From an uncultured Bacteroidales bacterium (GTDB lineage: Bacteria > Bacteroidota > Bacteroidia > Bacteroidales > B18-G4), in NCBI GenBank assembly GCA_964487735.1, contig CAZASJ010000008.1, positions 697-64,696 on the forward strand: a DNA stretch of 64,000 bases. The letters run 5' to 3'. Every line of letters starts with the position of its first letter. Within the stretch, counting starts at the first letter, position 1. Position numbers and translations under genes: made by a program. This document shows, piece after piece, positions 27,129 through 36,676 of the stretch. Below the pieces are notes generated by a model. The model did not search any database. It worked only from the letters and a program-made list of their open reading frames with translations, and was not told the origin of the DNA.

Positions 27129-27971
27129 TTCTGTTAAGCTTTTTACCGCTTTTTTAGGATCAGATGAATATTGCTGCATAACCCTGTTTGCAATAATTGC
27201 ACATACAGTAAGTGTATTGTGGCCAAGCATCTTACCCAACCCATACAATGCTGAAGTTTCCATCTCAAAATTAATGATGCGCTGATCATTAAACCGATAT
27301 GCTGAAATCCTGTTATTCAGGTCAGGATAGGCAGCCCTCAAACGCAGTTCTCTTCCCTGAGGGCCATAAAACCCGGGAGCTGTGATGGTGATCCCCTGCA
27401 ACAAGCCCTCGCCAATCTGATCTGCCAAGGCAGTTGACCCCTTTACCATATAGGGCTTGGGCAATGCCTCCGGCCAGCGGGTTTGAGCTATGAAAGCATC
27501 CGTGGCTTCACTTTCGATGATGCCTTTGTGTTTGTAAAAGTGGAGCAGGCCATCCATTCCAAGCCCATGAGTCGACATTCCAAAGGAATCAACCGCTATA
27601 TCAGCCTGAAGAGCTCCTGAGGTCCCTAAACGTACAATATCCAGGGCTGTGTGAGATTCTTTGATTGTGCGGGTTTCAAGGTCAATATTTACAAGCGCAT
27701 CCAATTCATTCAAAACAATATCGATATTATCCGGTCCCATGCCTGTCGACATTACCGTAAGACGCACATTGTTAAGACGACCTGTATGCGTTACAATTTC
27801 CCTGTTTTCAGAAGTAAACTCAATTTCATCAAAATAGGATGAAACCATAGGAACCCTTTTGGGGTCTCCTACCAGAATGATTTTTGCTGCTAAATTTTCA
27901 GGGCGAAGATTAATATGATACAAACTTCCATTCTTGTTCAGGATCAATTCTGATTCTTTCAGCTTTTTCAT
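27102..27971 (-). CDS. PNP/UDP family nucleoside phosphorylase
   Basis: 289 aa. ILVGDPKRVPMVSSYFDE..HTGRLNNVRLTVMSTGMGPDNIDIVLNEL, with EMETSALYGL near the C-terminus. Its 3' end overlaps the convergent gene by 27 nt. Confidence 0.75.
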   Translation of the reverse strand: MKKLKESELILNKNGSLYHINLRPENLAAKIILVGDPKRVPMVSSYFDEIEFTSENREIVTHTGRLNNVRLTVMSTGMGPDNIDIVLNELDALVNIDLETRTIKESHTALDIVRLGTSGALQADIAVDSFGMSTHGLGMDGLLHFYKHKGIIESEATDAFIAQTRWPEALPKPYMVKGSTALADQIGEGLLQGITITAPGFYGPQGRELRLRAAYPDLNNRISAYRFNDQRIINFEMETSALYGLGKMLGHNTLTVCAIIANRVMQQYSSDPKKAVKSLTELLLSRFTA

Positions 27972-27975
27972 CTTA

Positions 27976-27983
27976 CAAATTTA
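27976..27983 (-). promoter_or_regulatory. Candidate -7 box (TAAATTTG) for the nucleoside phosphorylase gene (would imply a leaderless mRNA)
   Basis: Plus strand reads CAAATTTA, only 5 nt from the ATG at 27971. Confidence 0.3.
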
Positions 27984-27984
27984 A

Positions 27985-27992
27985 TAACTTTG
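27985..27992 (+). promoter_or_regulatory. Candidate -7 box (TAACTTTG) for the usp-cinA pair
   Basis: Matches TAnnTTTG, 21 nt upstream of the ATG at 28013. Confidence 0.5.
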
Positions 27993-28012
27993 CACTCTTA
28001 AATGAAAGTATT

Positions 28013-28909
28013 ATGAAGAACATATATAATACCATCCTTGTTCCTACTGATTTCAAAGAACGATCTATGGCTGCTTTGGAAGAGTCGTTCAACCTCGCTA
28101 AAATGACAGGTCTGGAGATCACACTTTTCCATGTAATAAGAGACAACCAGAATCTTTTTTCAGCTTTTGGAGATAAACGATCTAAAACAATGAAGAAAGA
28201 ATTTGAAGATCAAATGCGTAATCAATTGCAGGAAATAGCAAAAAATGCCTCTGAGAAATCCGGATGCAAAGTCAACGCTGTTATTTCACACGGCAAACCT
28301 TATGATAAGATATTAAAAGGGGCCCACTTGCTTAATTCTAAATTCATTGTTCAGGGAATAAATAGTGAAAAACCGGGCTCAGGAATTAATCACCTTGGAA
28401 CCAACACTATACGCGTGGTAAAGAAGGCTGAGTGCCCGGTAATCACCATAAAGAATCCTCATTCCAGGAATGGATGCAGAAGCATTCTCCTCCCCCTCGA
28501 TCTTACAGAAGAAACCAGGCAGAAAGTGGGTCATGCCGTTGAAATGGCCAAATTATTTGGATCTACAATTAAAGTTGTTTCTGTCTTTTGGTCGACAGGC
28601 AACAAGCAGGTCCTTTCTAAATTGCAAAAACAGATGGATCAGGTAACTGCCTTTATTAAAAAATCAAAGGTTAAGTGCACAGGCGAGATCATTAAAAAAG
28701 GAGGAAGTTCCAAGATCCTTGCCCCCCTGATTCTTGAATACGCAGAAAAAGAAAAAAATATTGATCTGATTATGATCATGACCCAGCGAGAAGCAGGTTT
28801 GTTCGATCTTTTCCTTGGATCATCAGCACAATACATCATTGCAAACGCCGAGGTTCCGGTAATGACGATCATTCCCCAGCAACTTGGATTTGCCTCAATG
28901 ATCAATTAA
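28013..28909 (+). CDS. Universal stress protein, tandem UspA domains
   Basis: 298 aa. ILVPTDFKERSMAALEES in the first half and ILLPLDLTEETRQKVGHA in the second half; the C-terminus contains PVMTI. Confidence 0.8.
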   Translation: MKNIYNTILVPTDFKERSMAALEESFNLAKMTGLEITLFHVIRDNQNLFSAFGDKRSKTMKKEFEDQMRNQLQEIAKNASEKSGCKVNAVISHGKPYDKILKGAHLLNSKFIVQGINSEKPGSGINHLGTNTIRVVKKAECPVITIKNPHSRNGCRSILLPLDLTEETRQKVGHAVEMAKLFGSTIKVVSVFWSTGNKQVLSKLQKQMDQVTAFIKKSKVKCTGEIIKKGGSSKILAPLILEYAEKEKNIDLIMIMTQREAGLFDLFLGSSAQYIIANAEVPVMTIIPQQLGFASMIN

Positions 28910-28911
28910 AG

Positions 28912-30156
28912 ATGACAGCAGAGATCATCAGCATAGGCGATGAATTACTGATAGGACAGGTAATCAATACCAATGCTTCCTGGATGGCAGAACAACTTAG
29001 TGCTACAGGTATTGAAGTTGTAAGGATCACTACAATTTCTGATCAAAAGAAAGAAATCCTGAAAGCTCTTGAGGATGCATCCCTGAGGGCTGATGTTGTG
29101 CTGATCACAGGCGGACTTGGTCCCACCAAAGATGATATTACAAAAGACGCACTCTGCGAATATTTTGATTCTGAACTGGTATTCCATGAAGCTACTTATG
29201 AACTTGTTAAAAAAATCTTTAGCGACAGAGGGCTGGCTATAAGAGAGATAAACACAAGACAAGCAGACGTTCCCCATAATTGCATCCCCATTTTGAATAA
29301 AAATGGCACAGCTCCCGGCATGTGGTTTGAAAAAAACAATGTAATTTTCGTTTCCATGCCAGGGGTTCCTTATGAAATGAAGGGCATGCTCATTGAAACC
29401 ATCCTTCCCCAGCTCAGCAAGCGCATGAATGGCAATCATCAGATTTACCGGATTATTCAGACCCACGGACTGGGTGAGTCTTTTTTATCGGAGTTGATTT
29501 CCGAATGGGAAGATGCTTTGCCTGAAAATATGAAACTCGCTTATTTGCCACAACCCGGTATTGTTCGATTGCGCCTGACGGGATTTGGTTCGGAAAAGCT
29601 TGAAATTGAGCGAGGACTTGATGAGCAATTGGTGAAACTCAGAACCCTCATTCCCGAATTGATCTTTGGATATGGTGATGTTGTCCTGGAAGAAATTGTT
29701 GGCAAAATATTGAATGATAAGCAGCAAAGTTTATCCACTGCCGAGAGCTGTACAGGTGGTTATATTGCTCATCTCATCACAAGCATTCCGGGTAGCTCTG
29801 CATACTTTAAAGGATCGGTTGTAGCCTACTCAAACGACATCAAAACCGAGCTGCTTGGCGTTAATGAAGAAACCCTCATCGCGCACGGAGCAGTTAGTGA
29901 ACAAACGGTTTTGGAAATGGCTTTGGGAGTTAAAAACAAATTCAATACAGATTATGCCATTGCAGTTTCAGGGGTGGCCGGACCTGATGGAGGCAGCGAT
30001 GAGAAACCTGTCGGAACTATATGGATATGCATTGCAGGACCCAATGCTACTGAGGCATACAAATTCCAATTCGGTAAGAACAGGCAAAGAAACATCAGGC
30101 TTGCTGCCATCAGCTCGCTGAACAAACTGCGACTTTTTATCGAAAAGCAGTCCTAA
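28912..30156 (+). CDS. cinA: Competence/damage-inducible protein CinA (MoCF-like domain plus nicotinamide-nucleotide amidohydrolase PncC domain)
   Basis: 414 aa. AEIISIGDELLIGQVINTNASWMAEQL and C-terminal TAESCTGGYIAHLITSIPGSS. Confidence 0.9.
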   Translation: MTAEIISIGDELLIGQVINTNASWMAEQLSATGIEVVRITTISDQKKEILKALEDASLRADVVLITGGLGPTKDDITKDALCEYFDSELVFHEATYELVKKIFSDRGLAIREINTRQADVPHNCIPILNKNGTAPGMWFEKNNVIFVSMPGVPYEMKGMLIETILPQLSKRMNGNHQIYRIIQTHGLGESFLSELISEWEDALPENMKLAYLPQPGIVRLRLTGFGSEKLEIERGLDEQLVKLRTLIPELIFGYGDVVLEEIVGKILNDKQQSLSTAESCTGGYIAHLITSIPGSSAYFKGSVVAYSNDIKTELLGVNEETLIAHGAVSEQTVLEMALGVKNKFNTDYAIAVSGVAGPDGGSDEKPVGTIWICIAGPNATEAYKFQFGKNRQRNIRLAAISSLNKLRLFIEKQS

Positions 30157-32084
30157 AGCTTCATCAGCTTCACGGTTTTCTTCTCCACCCCATTCGCTCC
30201 CTCGTATCTGATATAACAAACATACAGTCCACTCTGCAAAGCGGAAGCATTCCAATTATAAGCATAGGTCCCGGCTTGAAGGTGATCCATAATGTATTGT
30301 TCAATCCTTCTTCCTTTGGTGTCATAGACTTCGATCGTTACATTGGCTTTCTTCAGTATGCTATATTCTATGGTCAGGTTTTCCCTGAAAGGGTTTGGAA
30401 ATGCAGATACACGCATGCTAATCTCATCATCGAGATCATCGACCCCGGTAATGAGGTATTTTATAAGTTCGATTCCGTCCCCAATACCAAGATTACGGGT
30501 ATATTGCTTATCAACATCGTTATTCCAGTGCTCGTGTACACCAAGACTTTCAATAATAAGCCCATCCCCCTCAGGATCATAAATAATCCCCTCAGCCCAG
30601 TTTGCTGAGTCGGCAGCCTGATGTAAATAATCATCAGCCCCAAACATATCGGCATATTCGTCGAACTCTGCCCTTACAAAGTCAAGTCCAACCGATTCGA
30701 TTGCCACATGATCCTGAGAAACCATAATGGAATTTGGCCAATCGTTATTAAAGGGATTCATTTGCCATTTCACGGGTTCCGAAACAGGCAGTTCACCACC
30801 CCATATGCCATCGATCAGGAATAAAACTGTTTTCTCACCGAGGTCTTTGTGCTCCATCAGATCGACAAGATTTCTGAATTTCCCAAACCCAAGGTTCTCA
30901 AATCCATTTGAAGTAGGGCTTGGCAATGAATAGTGCAAGTGCATTGCCATTCCCCGGCAGGTTGAGCCAAAATGATTCTTTGCACAAAAAGTTCCACCCG
31001 CAAGATCGTGTTGCTTCAGGCATCCCATGTTTATCATATAGCTTGCTTCGGTATATGCAGTAGGAAGTGAATCACTCACAGTACCATCGCTATACTTCAA
31101 TACATCCGTATCGGTTTTGATCACTTTGGTCCGGCCATGAAAACCATAGAGGTCAAGATATTTTACATCCGGAAAAAGTGGATGGCATTGATCCCAATAT
31201 TGATTATAAAAAATCCGAATCGGGTCTCCTATGGAGATGTCTTCCTGAGCAACCCCAAAAACTTCTATCAATTGTTTCAGCATTGCCACGATCAGTTGTG
31301 GAGTACCATCCATCATTTCAAGATTTAGGGTCTTATCGTAGGTATTGTAGTCAATATTGCCCCATCCGCCGGTTGTCAGGTTAACTTTAATAGCAATTTT
31401 CTGGCCTGCTTGGTAAGGGATATTTCCATTGCCATGCGATTCATTATAACTTCTAAACAAGGCATCCCATGCAAGGCTGTCGTTCGTTTCCCCGCTTAAT
31501 AATTGAAGGGAACGCGAAAGCATATCCCCGATAACTTCAGTATCCACATTATCATCCTGAAACCAATAGTCTCCAGGGGTATTGGTACATGTTTCGTCGG
31601 TGGCCATAGGATTCCATACCCAGGCAACCCTGCCGGGATATATACCCCTTGCTACTCCCATGGGTTCATTGGGGGGCTCATCTCCGATAATGCCGGCTAC
31701 ACCTGCATTGCTTATCTTACTATCGCCCACAGTCATCAGAATAAACCCAAGGCATAATACGATCATGGCCGAAATGGCCGGAATAAAATTTTTCCTTCGC
31801 TTGAATGAGGATATTCTCCGATATGCAGCGACGGAAATTAACAGTCCGGATAAATACGTAATAAATGCCCCGGCAAAAGGGGCAGCAGCCTGCATGCATG
31901 GATATGTTGCCCTGCTTGGCTTAGGGACAACCCTGATGATAAACCAGATCGTTGAAACAATCCCTAAAAGAATAAAAAACACCTTATTTCCCGGTTTGTG
32001 ATCCATAAACCAGCGTTTTTCCTGCTGCAAATCGAATTTGAATTTCATATACTTAGGACTTTGAATATATGTAAAGATAGACAA
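30153..32084 (-). CDS. DUF362 domain protein with N-terminal hydrophobic segments and a type-A T9SS C-terminal sorting domain
   Basis: 643 aa. DUF362-like blocks IAIKVNLTTGG, GTPQLIVAMLKQLIEVFGV..ISIGD, LKQHDLAGGTFCAKNHFGS. Alternative starts at 32048 (MKFKF) and 31766 (MIVLCLGF). Confidence 0.7.
   Translation of the reverse strand: MSIFTYIQSPKYMKFKFDLQQEKRWFMDHKPGNKVFFILLGIVSTIWFIIRVVPKPSRATYPCMQAAAPFAGAFITYLSGLLISVAAYRRISSFKRRKNFIPAISAMIVLCLGFILMTVGDSKISNAGVAGIIGDEPPNEPMGVARGIYPGRVAWVWNPMATDETCTNTPGDYWFQDDNVDTEVIGDMLSRSLQLLSGETNDSLAWDALFRSYNESHGNGNIPYQAGQKIAIKVNLTTGGWGNIDYNTYDKTLNLEMMDGTPQLIVAMLKQLIEVFGVAQEDISIGDPIRIFYNQYWDQCHPLFPDVKYLDLYGFHGRTKVIKTDTDVLKYSDGTVSDSLPTAYTEASYMINMGCLKQHDLAGGTFCAKNHFGSTCRGMAMHLHYSLPSPTSNGFENLGFGKFRNLVDLMEHKDLGEKTVLFLIDGIWGGELPVSEPVKWQMNPFNNDWPNSIMVSQDHVAIESVGLDFVRAEFDEYADMFGADDYLHQAADSANWAEGIIYDPEGDGLIIESLGVHEHWNNDVDKQYTRNLGIGDGIELIKYLITGVDDLDDEISMRVSAFPNPFRENLTIEYSILKKANVTIEVYDTKGRRIEQYIMDHLQAGTYAYNWNASALQSGLYVCYIRYEGANGVEKKTVKLMKL
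30156..30410 (-). other. Type-A T9SS (Por secretion system) C-terminal sorting domain
   Basis: VSAFPNPFRENLTIEYSILKKANVTIEVYDTKGRRIEQYIMDHLQAGTYAYNWNASALQSGLYVCYIRY..KKTVKLMKL is a typical TIGR04183-type pattern. Confidence 0.8.
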
Positions 32085-32203
32085 TACTAAAGACTAAAGG
32101 GTTGTCATTGACAATATTTTTATGATTTCATTTGAATTATTAAAAATAAATTCCGTTCTTTGCACTCCGTTTTTTGAGCGTAAATACTGAAAATCATAAG
32201 AAG

Positions 32204-32443
32204 ATGTCAAGAATTTGTGAAATTACAGGAAAGAAGATGATGGTTGGAAACAATGTTTCCCACTCGAACATAAAATCCAAGAGAAGGTTCTATCCAAATC
32301 TGCAAACAAAAAAGTTTTACATCCCAGAAGAAGACAAGTGGGTTACTTTGAAAGTTTCTGCAGCGGGCATACGTACCATCAATAAAAAAGGTATTATTGC
32401 AGCCCTGAAGGATGCCAAAGAAAAAGGCTATTACGCAGGCTAA
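32204..32443 (+). CDS. rpmB: 50S ribosomal protein L28
   Basis: [33 protein letters not shown]. The ATG at 32204 is preferred to the TTG at 32174 used by the ORF track. Confidence 0.9.
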   Translation: MSRICEITGKKMMVGNNVSHSNIKSKRRFYPNLQTKKFYIPEEDKWVTLKVSAAGIRTINKKGIIAALKDAKEKGYYAG

Positions 32444-32465
32444 AATATCTTTTGCTAAAAAATAC

Positions 32466-32499
32466 AATGCTGTCATAATTATATGGCAGCATTTTTTTT
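32466..32499 (+). terminator. Rho-independent terminator of rpmB
   Basis: 11-bp stem AATGCTGTCAT (32466-32476) / ATGGCAGCATT (32483-32493, one G-U pair), 6-nt loop, and a T-run to 32499. Confidence 0.75.
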
Positions 32500-32581
32500 G
32501 TCCTATGTCATCTATATACTATTCTTTAAATAATATATATTGATGCTCAGCGTTTAAATTTTCAATAATGCCTAATTAGAT

Positions 32582-32589
32582 TATTTTTG
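32582..32589 (+). promoter_or_regulatory. Candidate -7 box (TATTTTTG) for the CarbopepD_reg / TonB-receptor pair
   Basis: Matches TAnnTTTG, 7 nt upstream of the ATG at 32596 (very short or no leader). Confidence 0.4.
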
Positions 32590-32595
32590 CACTAA

Positions 32596-33258
32596 ATGAA
32601 GGCAACCCACAGATTGATCCTGTTTATTCTGGCTCTCTTTCCATGTTTCATCCTTATGGCACAGGAAAAGGAAGTTACTGATGGGGATAATTACATTCAG
32701 TTTTCGGGTGTAATCCTTACGGCCGACAGCCTTGCTCCCATTCCGCTTGCTCACATAGTGGTCATAAATTCCATGCGAGGTACAGTGAGTGATTTTAACG
32801 GTTATTTTTCCTTTGTTGCAAAAAAAATGGATACAATCGAATTCTCAGCAGTTGGTTTTAAAGCAGACAGGTTTATCGTACCAGATTCGATTGAGAACAA
32901 CAGGTATTCCCTTATTCAGGTCATGTCAACGGATACCATTTACCTGTCGGAAACAGTCATTTACCCATGGCCTACAAAGGAAGAATTCAAGAAGGCATTC
33001 CTTACATTGAAAATTCCCGATGACGACCTTGAAGTTGCCCGCAAAAACCTTGATAACAGACAATTAATGGCGAAAGCAGCAAACCTTCCGGCTGAGGGAA
33101 GTGTTAGTTTTAAATATACAATGCAACAACAACTTGACAAACTCTATTATAACGGACAAACCCAACCTATTACAGTACTAAACCCTTTTGCCTGGGCGAA
33201 ATTTATTAAATCGTGGAAAGAGGGGGATTTTAAGCGAAAAGAATATCAGGTAGAATGA
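32596..33258 (+). CDS. Carboxypeptidase-regulatory-like domain protein (exported)
   Basis: 220 aa. Signal peptide, then IQFSGVILTADSLAPIPLAHIVVINSMRGTVSDFNGYFSFVAKKMDTIEFSAVGFK. Confidence 0.6.
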   Translation: MKATHRLILFILALFPCFILMAQEKEVTDGDNYIQFSGVILTADSLAPIPLAHIVVINSMRGTVSDFNGYFSFVAKKMDTIEFSAVGFKADRFIVPDSIENNRYSLIQVMSTDTIYLSETVIYPWPTKEEFKKAFLTLKIPDDDLEVARKNLDNRQLMAKAANLPAEGSVSFKYTMQQQLDKLYYNGQTQPITVLNPFAWAKFIKSWKEGDFKRKEYQVE

Positions 33259-33274
33259 GCTTATCTTTGACTCA

Positions 33275-35809
33275 ATGCAAGAATTGAAAAAAACATACAT
33301 CCTTATCATCTTTACACTACTGGCTTTAGCCGGAAGTGCGCAGGAAAAAGCCATCATACATGGTACTGTCACAAATGAACAGGCTGGTGCAGTTGAGTAT
33401 GCCAATGTTTCCGTATTAGGATATGCCGGAGGTGTTGCCACAAACAACAAAGGAGAATATGAGCTTTCAATTCCTGCCAACACTGAGCTTACCCTTGTCA
33501 TTTCATTCATTGGATTCGAAAAACAAATGTTTCGTGTTTTCCTTCAGCCAGGACAGAAAAAAGAACTTAATGTCAGGATGCAGTCCGCTGCCGAGCAATT
33601 GCCCGATGTTGAGATCGTGGATAAACAAATCAGGCATACCAACCTGCAAAGACTGGATCCAAAAATAGCTACTGAAATTCCGACTCTTAGCGGAGGTGTG
33701 GAAGACATCCTGAAGACCCTTCCAGGGGTAAGTTCCAATAATGAGCTTAGTTCGCAATATTCTGTACGAGGAGGAAATTTTGACGAAAACCTCATTTATG
33801 TTAACGGGATTGAAATCTATCGCCCCTTTCTAATACGTTCAGGGCAGCAGGAAGGAATGAGTTTTGTGAATTCTGCACTGGTCAGCTCCATACTTTTTTC
33901 AGCCGGGGGATTTGAACCAAAATATGGGGACAAAATGTCGTCTGTACTTGATATTCAATACAAAAAGCCTACAAGCTTTGGGGGTTCATTCCAGGCAAGT
34001 TTACTAGGTGCAGAAGCCCACGTTGAAGGCATTTCAAAGAATCAGCGCTTCTCATACCTTTCAGGAATTCGCTATAAATCCAATAATTACATTCTGAAAG
34101 GATTGGAAGTAGAGGGTGATTACAAACCCAATTTCGCAGATGTTCAGACCTACTTTGCCTACAAAATATCACCTAAAGTTGAATTGTCATTTCTCGGCAA
34201 TTATGCCCGGAATTCATATAAAGTTAAGCCTTCGAGCAGGCAAACTGAGTTTGGTACTGTTCAGGAGGCATACCGTCTGAATATTTATTTTGAAGGACAA
34301 GAGCTTGATCGTTTTGAAAATTATATGGGTGCATTAAGCCTGAACTACTTCCCGCAGGAAAACATGAAACTGCAGTTTATCACCTCCGCCTTCCAGACCA
34401 GAGAAAGTGAGACCTTTGATATTTTGGGTGAATACTATATCGGAAAACTTGAAAATCAGATCGGTTCCGAACAATTCGGTGAGGTAGTTGAAGCACAGGG
34501 GGTAGGTGGCTTTCATGACCATGCCAGGAATTATTTGCTTGCCAGCGTGTATAATGTTGAACATAAAGGCTCTCTTGATCTGAACAAGCATTATCTACAA
34601 TGGGGAATAAAATATCAGCATGAGATCATCCATGATGAACTCAGTGAATGGGAACTGATCGACTCAGCAGGTTATACGATACCTGACCCACCGTTTACGG
34701 TAGGCGACCCTGCCCCGTTATACAATCCCCAATTGGAATTATTCTCTTCCTATAAAACAGATACTGCCTTCAGTTCAAATCGCTATTCTGCATTTGTACA
34801 AAACAGTTGGAACTTTAAAATAGGTACAGCCAATGCATACCTTATTGCAGGGCTGCGTGCCAGCTACTGGAATATCAACAGACAATTTATCCTCAGCCCA
34901 AGGGCAACCGTGTCCATCAAGCCGCTCTGGAAACATGATATTCTTTTCAGGTTCTCTGCAGGTTATTATCAACAACCTCCATTTTATCGTGAGTTGAGAG
35001 ATCTTCAGGGACGCATCAACCCGGATGTCCGTGCGCAGAAATCCATTCACTTTGTAGCCGGAATGGATTGGGATTTTAAAGCCTGGGACAGGCCTTTTAA
35101 GTTCATCGCTGAAGCTTATTATAAAATTCTTGACGACCTTGTTCCTTATACCGTTGATAATGTTCGTATCCGGTACTATGGTGATAATCTTTCAAAAGGC
35201 TATGCTTATGGGCTCGACCTGAAAGTTGCAGGAGAATTTATAAAAGGGGTGGAATCCTGGGCTTCCATTTCCTTTTTGAAGACCGAAGAGGATATCATTG
35301 GCGATTATTATTATGAGTATTACAATGAAGCGGGTGAATTGATTATTCCAGGATATTCTGAAGACCAGTCAGCAACGGATAGCACACAGATATTCCCTGG
35401 TTATATTCCCCGGCCTACAGATCAACGCGTTCATTTTGCCCTTTTCTTCCAGGATTATATCCCACGAAATCCTACCTGGAAAATGCACATTAAATTGATC
35501 TTTGGCAGCAGACTTCCTTTCGGACCACCCAATTCACCAAAATACGAACATACCTACCGAATGCCACCCTACCGAAGAGTTGACATCGGATTCTCTAAAC
35601 AACTTATCGGGGGTTATAGTAGTTTTGGCCCAAAGAATCCGTTAAAATATATTAAATCTGCATGGGTTAGTCTTGAGGTCTTTAACCTTTTCCAAATACA
35701 GAATACCATCTCCTACATCTGGGTTAAGGATAAGAGCGGGAGGGAATATGCAGTTCCTAATTACCTCACGCCCAGACTTATTAACCTTAGACTGGCTGTC
35801 AACTTCTAA
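33275..35809 (+). CDS. TonB-dependent outer-membrane receptor with an N-terminal carboxypeptidase-regulatory-like domain (no SusD partner)
   Basis: 844 aa. Signal peptide, CarbopepD_reg-like GTVTNEQAGAVEYANVSVLG..KGEYELSI..ISFIGFE, a plug-like segment (DILKTLPGVSS..SVRGG..ENLIYVNGIEIY) and a C-terminal aromatic residue (..RLAVNF). Confidence 0.75.
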   Translation: MQELKKTYILIIFTLLALAGSAQEKAIIHGTVTNEQAGAVEYANVSVLGYAGGVATNNKGEYELSIPANTELTLVISFIGFEKQMFRVFLQPGQKKELNVRMQSAAEQLPDVEIVDKQIRHTNLQRLDPKIATEIPTLSGGVEDILKTLPGVSSNNELSSQYSVRGGNFDENLIYVNGIEIYRPFLIRSGQQEGMSFVNSALVSSILFSAGGFEPKYGDKMSSVLDIQYKKPTSFGGSFQASLLGAEAHVEGISKNQRFSYLSGIRYKSNNYILKGLEVEGDYKPNFADVQTYFAYKISPKVELSFLGNYARNSYKVKPSSRQTEFGTVQEAYRLNIYFEGQELDRFENYMGALSLNYFPQENMKLQFITSAFQTRESETFDILGEYYIGKLENQIGSEQFGEVVEAQGVGGFHDHARNYLLASVYNVEHKGSLDLNKHYLQWGIKYQHEIIHDELSEWELIDSAGYTIPDPPFTVGDPAPLYNPQLELFSSYKTDTAFSSNRYSAFVQNSWNFKIGTANAYLIAGLRASYWNINRQFILSPRATVSIKPLWKHDILFRFSAGYYQQPPFYRELRDLQGRINPDVRAQKSIHFVAGMDWDFKAWDRPFKFIAEAYYKILDDLVPYTVDNVRIRYYGDNLSKGYAYGLDLKVAGEFIKGVESWASISFLKTEEDIIGDYYYEYYNEAGELIIPGYSEDQSATDSTQIFPGYIPRPTDQRVHFALFFQDYIPRNPTWKMHIKLIFGSRLPFGPPNSPKYEHTYRMPPYRRVDIGFSKQLIGGYSSFGPKNPLKYIKSAWVSLEVFNLFQIQNTISYIWVKDKSGREYAVPNYLTPRLINLRLAVNF

Positions 35810-35937
35810 GCTCCCGGCATAAGGGTTCCCTTCCTGGATCCGATACTTACATATTTGAATCAACTTCATTGAACTTTTTTCAATTTTTATTGTTATTTAA
35901 ACTGAATCTAAATTATTAACTGAATAATTATTGAAAA

Positions 35938-36549
35938 ATGAGCCATTTTAATTTCCCCGACCTTCCATATGATTTCAATTCACTGGAACCCTATATTGAT
36001 GCCAGGACAATGGAGATCCATTATACAAAACACCATAGAGCATACTTTGACAAATTCATTGCCGCAGTTGAGGGAACCCCTCTTGCTGACATGGATATTA
36101 TTGACATTTTTAAAGACATTGACAAGCATTCTGCCGCAGTCAGAAACAATGGCGGTGGCTTCTTTAACCATACCTTATTTTGGAATACCATGAGTGCAAA
36201 TGGAGGTGGAGCACCCGGCGGCAAACTTGCTGAGGCCATTCAGTCTGCATTCGGCTCCTTTGAGCAATTCAAGAACACTTTCAACGATGCGGCTGCAAGC
36301 CGATTTGGAAGCGGCTGGGCATGGTTATGCCTGAACGAAGATGGCAAACTTGAGGTTTGCTCAACAGCCAACCAGGACAATCCTTATATGGGTGTGACCA
36401 ATTGCAAGGGCACTCCAATCATGGGCCTGGATGTATGGGAACATGCTTACTACCTGAAATACCAAAACAGGAGGCCCGAGTACATTGATGCATTCTGGAA
36501 TGTTGTTAACTGGAATGAAGTAGCAAAGAATTTCGATAAAGCATTGTAA
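35938..36549 (+). CDS. Fe/Mn superoxide dismutase
   Basis: 203 aa. [25 protein letters not shown] and [19 protein letters not shown]. Confidence 0.95.
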   Translation: MSHFNFPDLPYDFNSLEPYIDARTMEIHYTKHHRAYFDKFIAAVEGTPLADMDIIDIFKDIDKHSAAVRNNGGGFFNHTLFWNTMSANGGGAPGGKLAEAIQSAFGSFEQFKNTFNDAAASRFGSGWAWLCLNEDGKLEVCSTANQDNPYMGVTNCKGTPIMGLDVWEHAYYLKYQNRRPEYIDAFWNVVNWNEVAKNFDKAL

Positions 36550-36616
36550 GATCGTCTCTATTTTTCATAGGCGTTGTTATTTTAATTAATAACAAATTTT
36601 GATTTGGGTTAATTGC

Positions 36617-36650
36617 AAAAAAGCCCCACCGGAAATCCGGGGGGCTTTTT
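36617..36650. terminator. Bidirectional rho-independent terminator between the superoxide dismutase gene and rocD
   Basis: A6-GCCCC-A-CCGG / loop AAAT / CCGG-GGGGC-T5: a GC-rich stem flanked by an A-run and a T-run, placed between convergent genes. Confidence 0.8.
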
Positions 36651-36676
36651 CTATTTTATGAATTCTTTAAAATAAA

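Noticed and set aside
28945-29466. Long antisense or out-of-frame track ORFs lie inside confident genes. Examples: 28945-29466 (173 aa) in cinA, 5923-6477 (184 aa) in gldG/gldF, 60585-61100 (171 aa) in a GT2 gene, 61530-62024 (164 aa) in PBP1A, 47864-48292 in pdxA, 49251-49706 in murF/alr, 40006-40434 and 42436-42816 in the kinase gene, 25780-26178 in the transglutaminase-like gene, and the many 60-117-aa ORFs inside the giant gene.
   Set aside because: They are shadow ORFs. Each is fully embedded in a gene with strong family motifs, has low-complexity or odd composition, and lacks a recognisable motif or promoter box.
32204-32595. rpmB is not followed by rpmG (L33) or the small DUF4295 gene that often accompany it in Bacteroidota.
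   Set aside because: A clean terminator follows rpmB and the 150-bp gap has no suitable small ORF. The partner genes are probably elsewhere, so this is a synteny variation with no sign of anything unusual.
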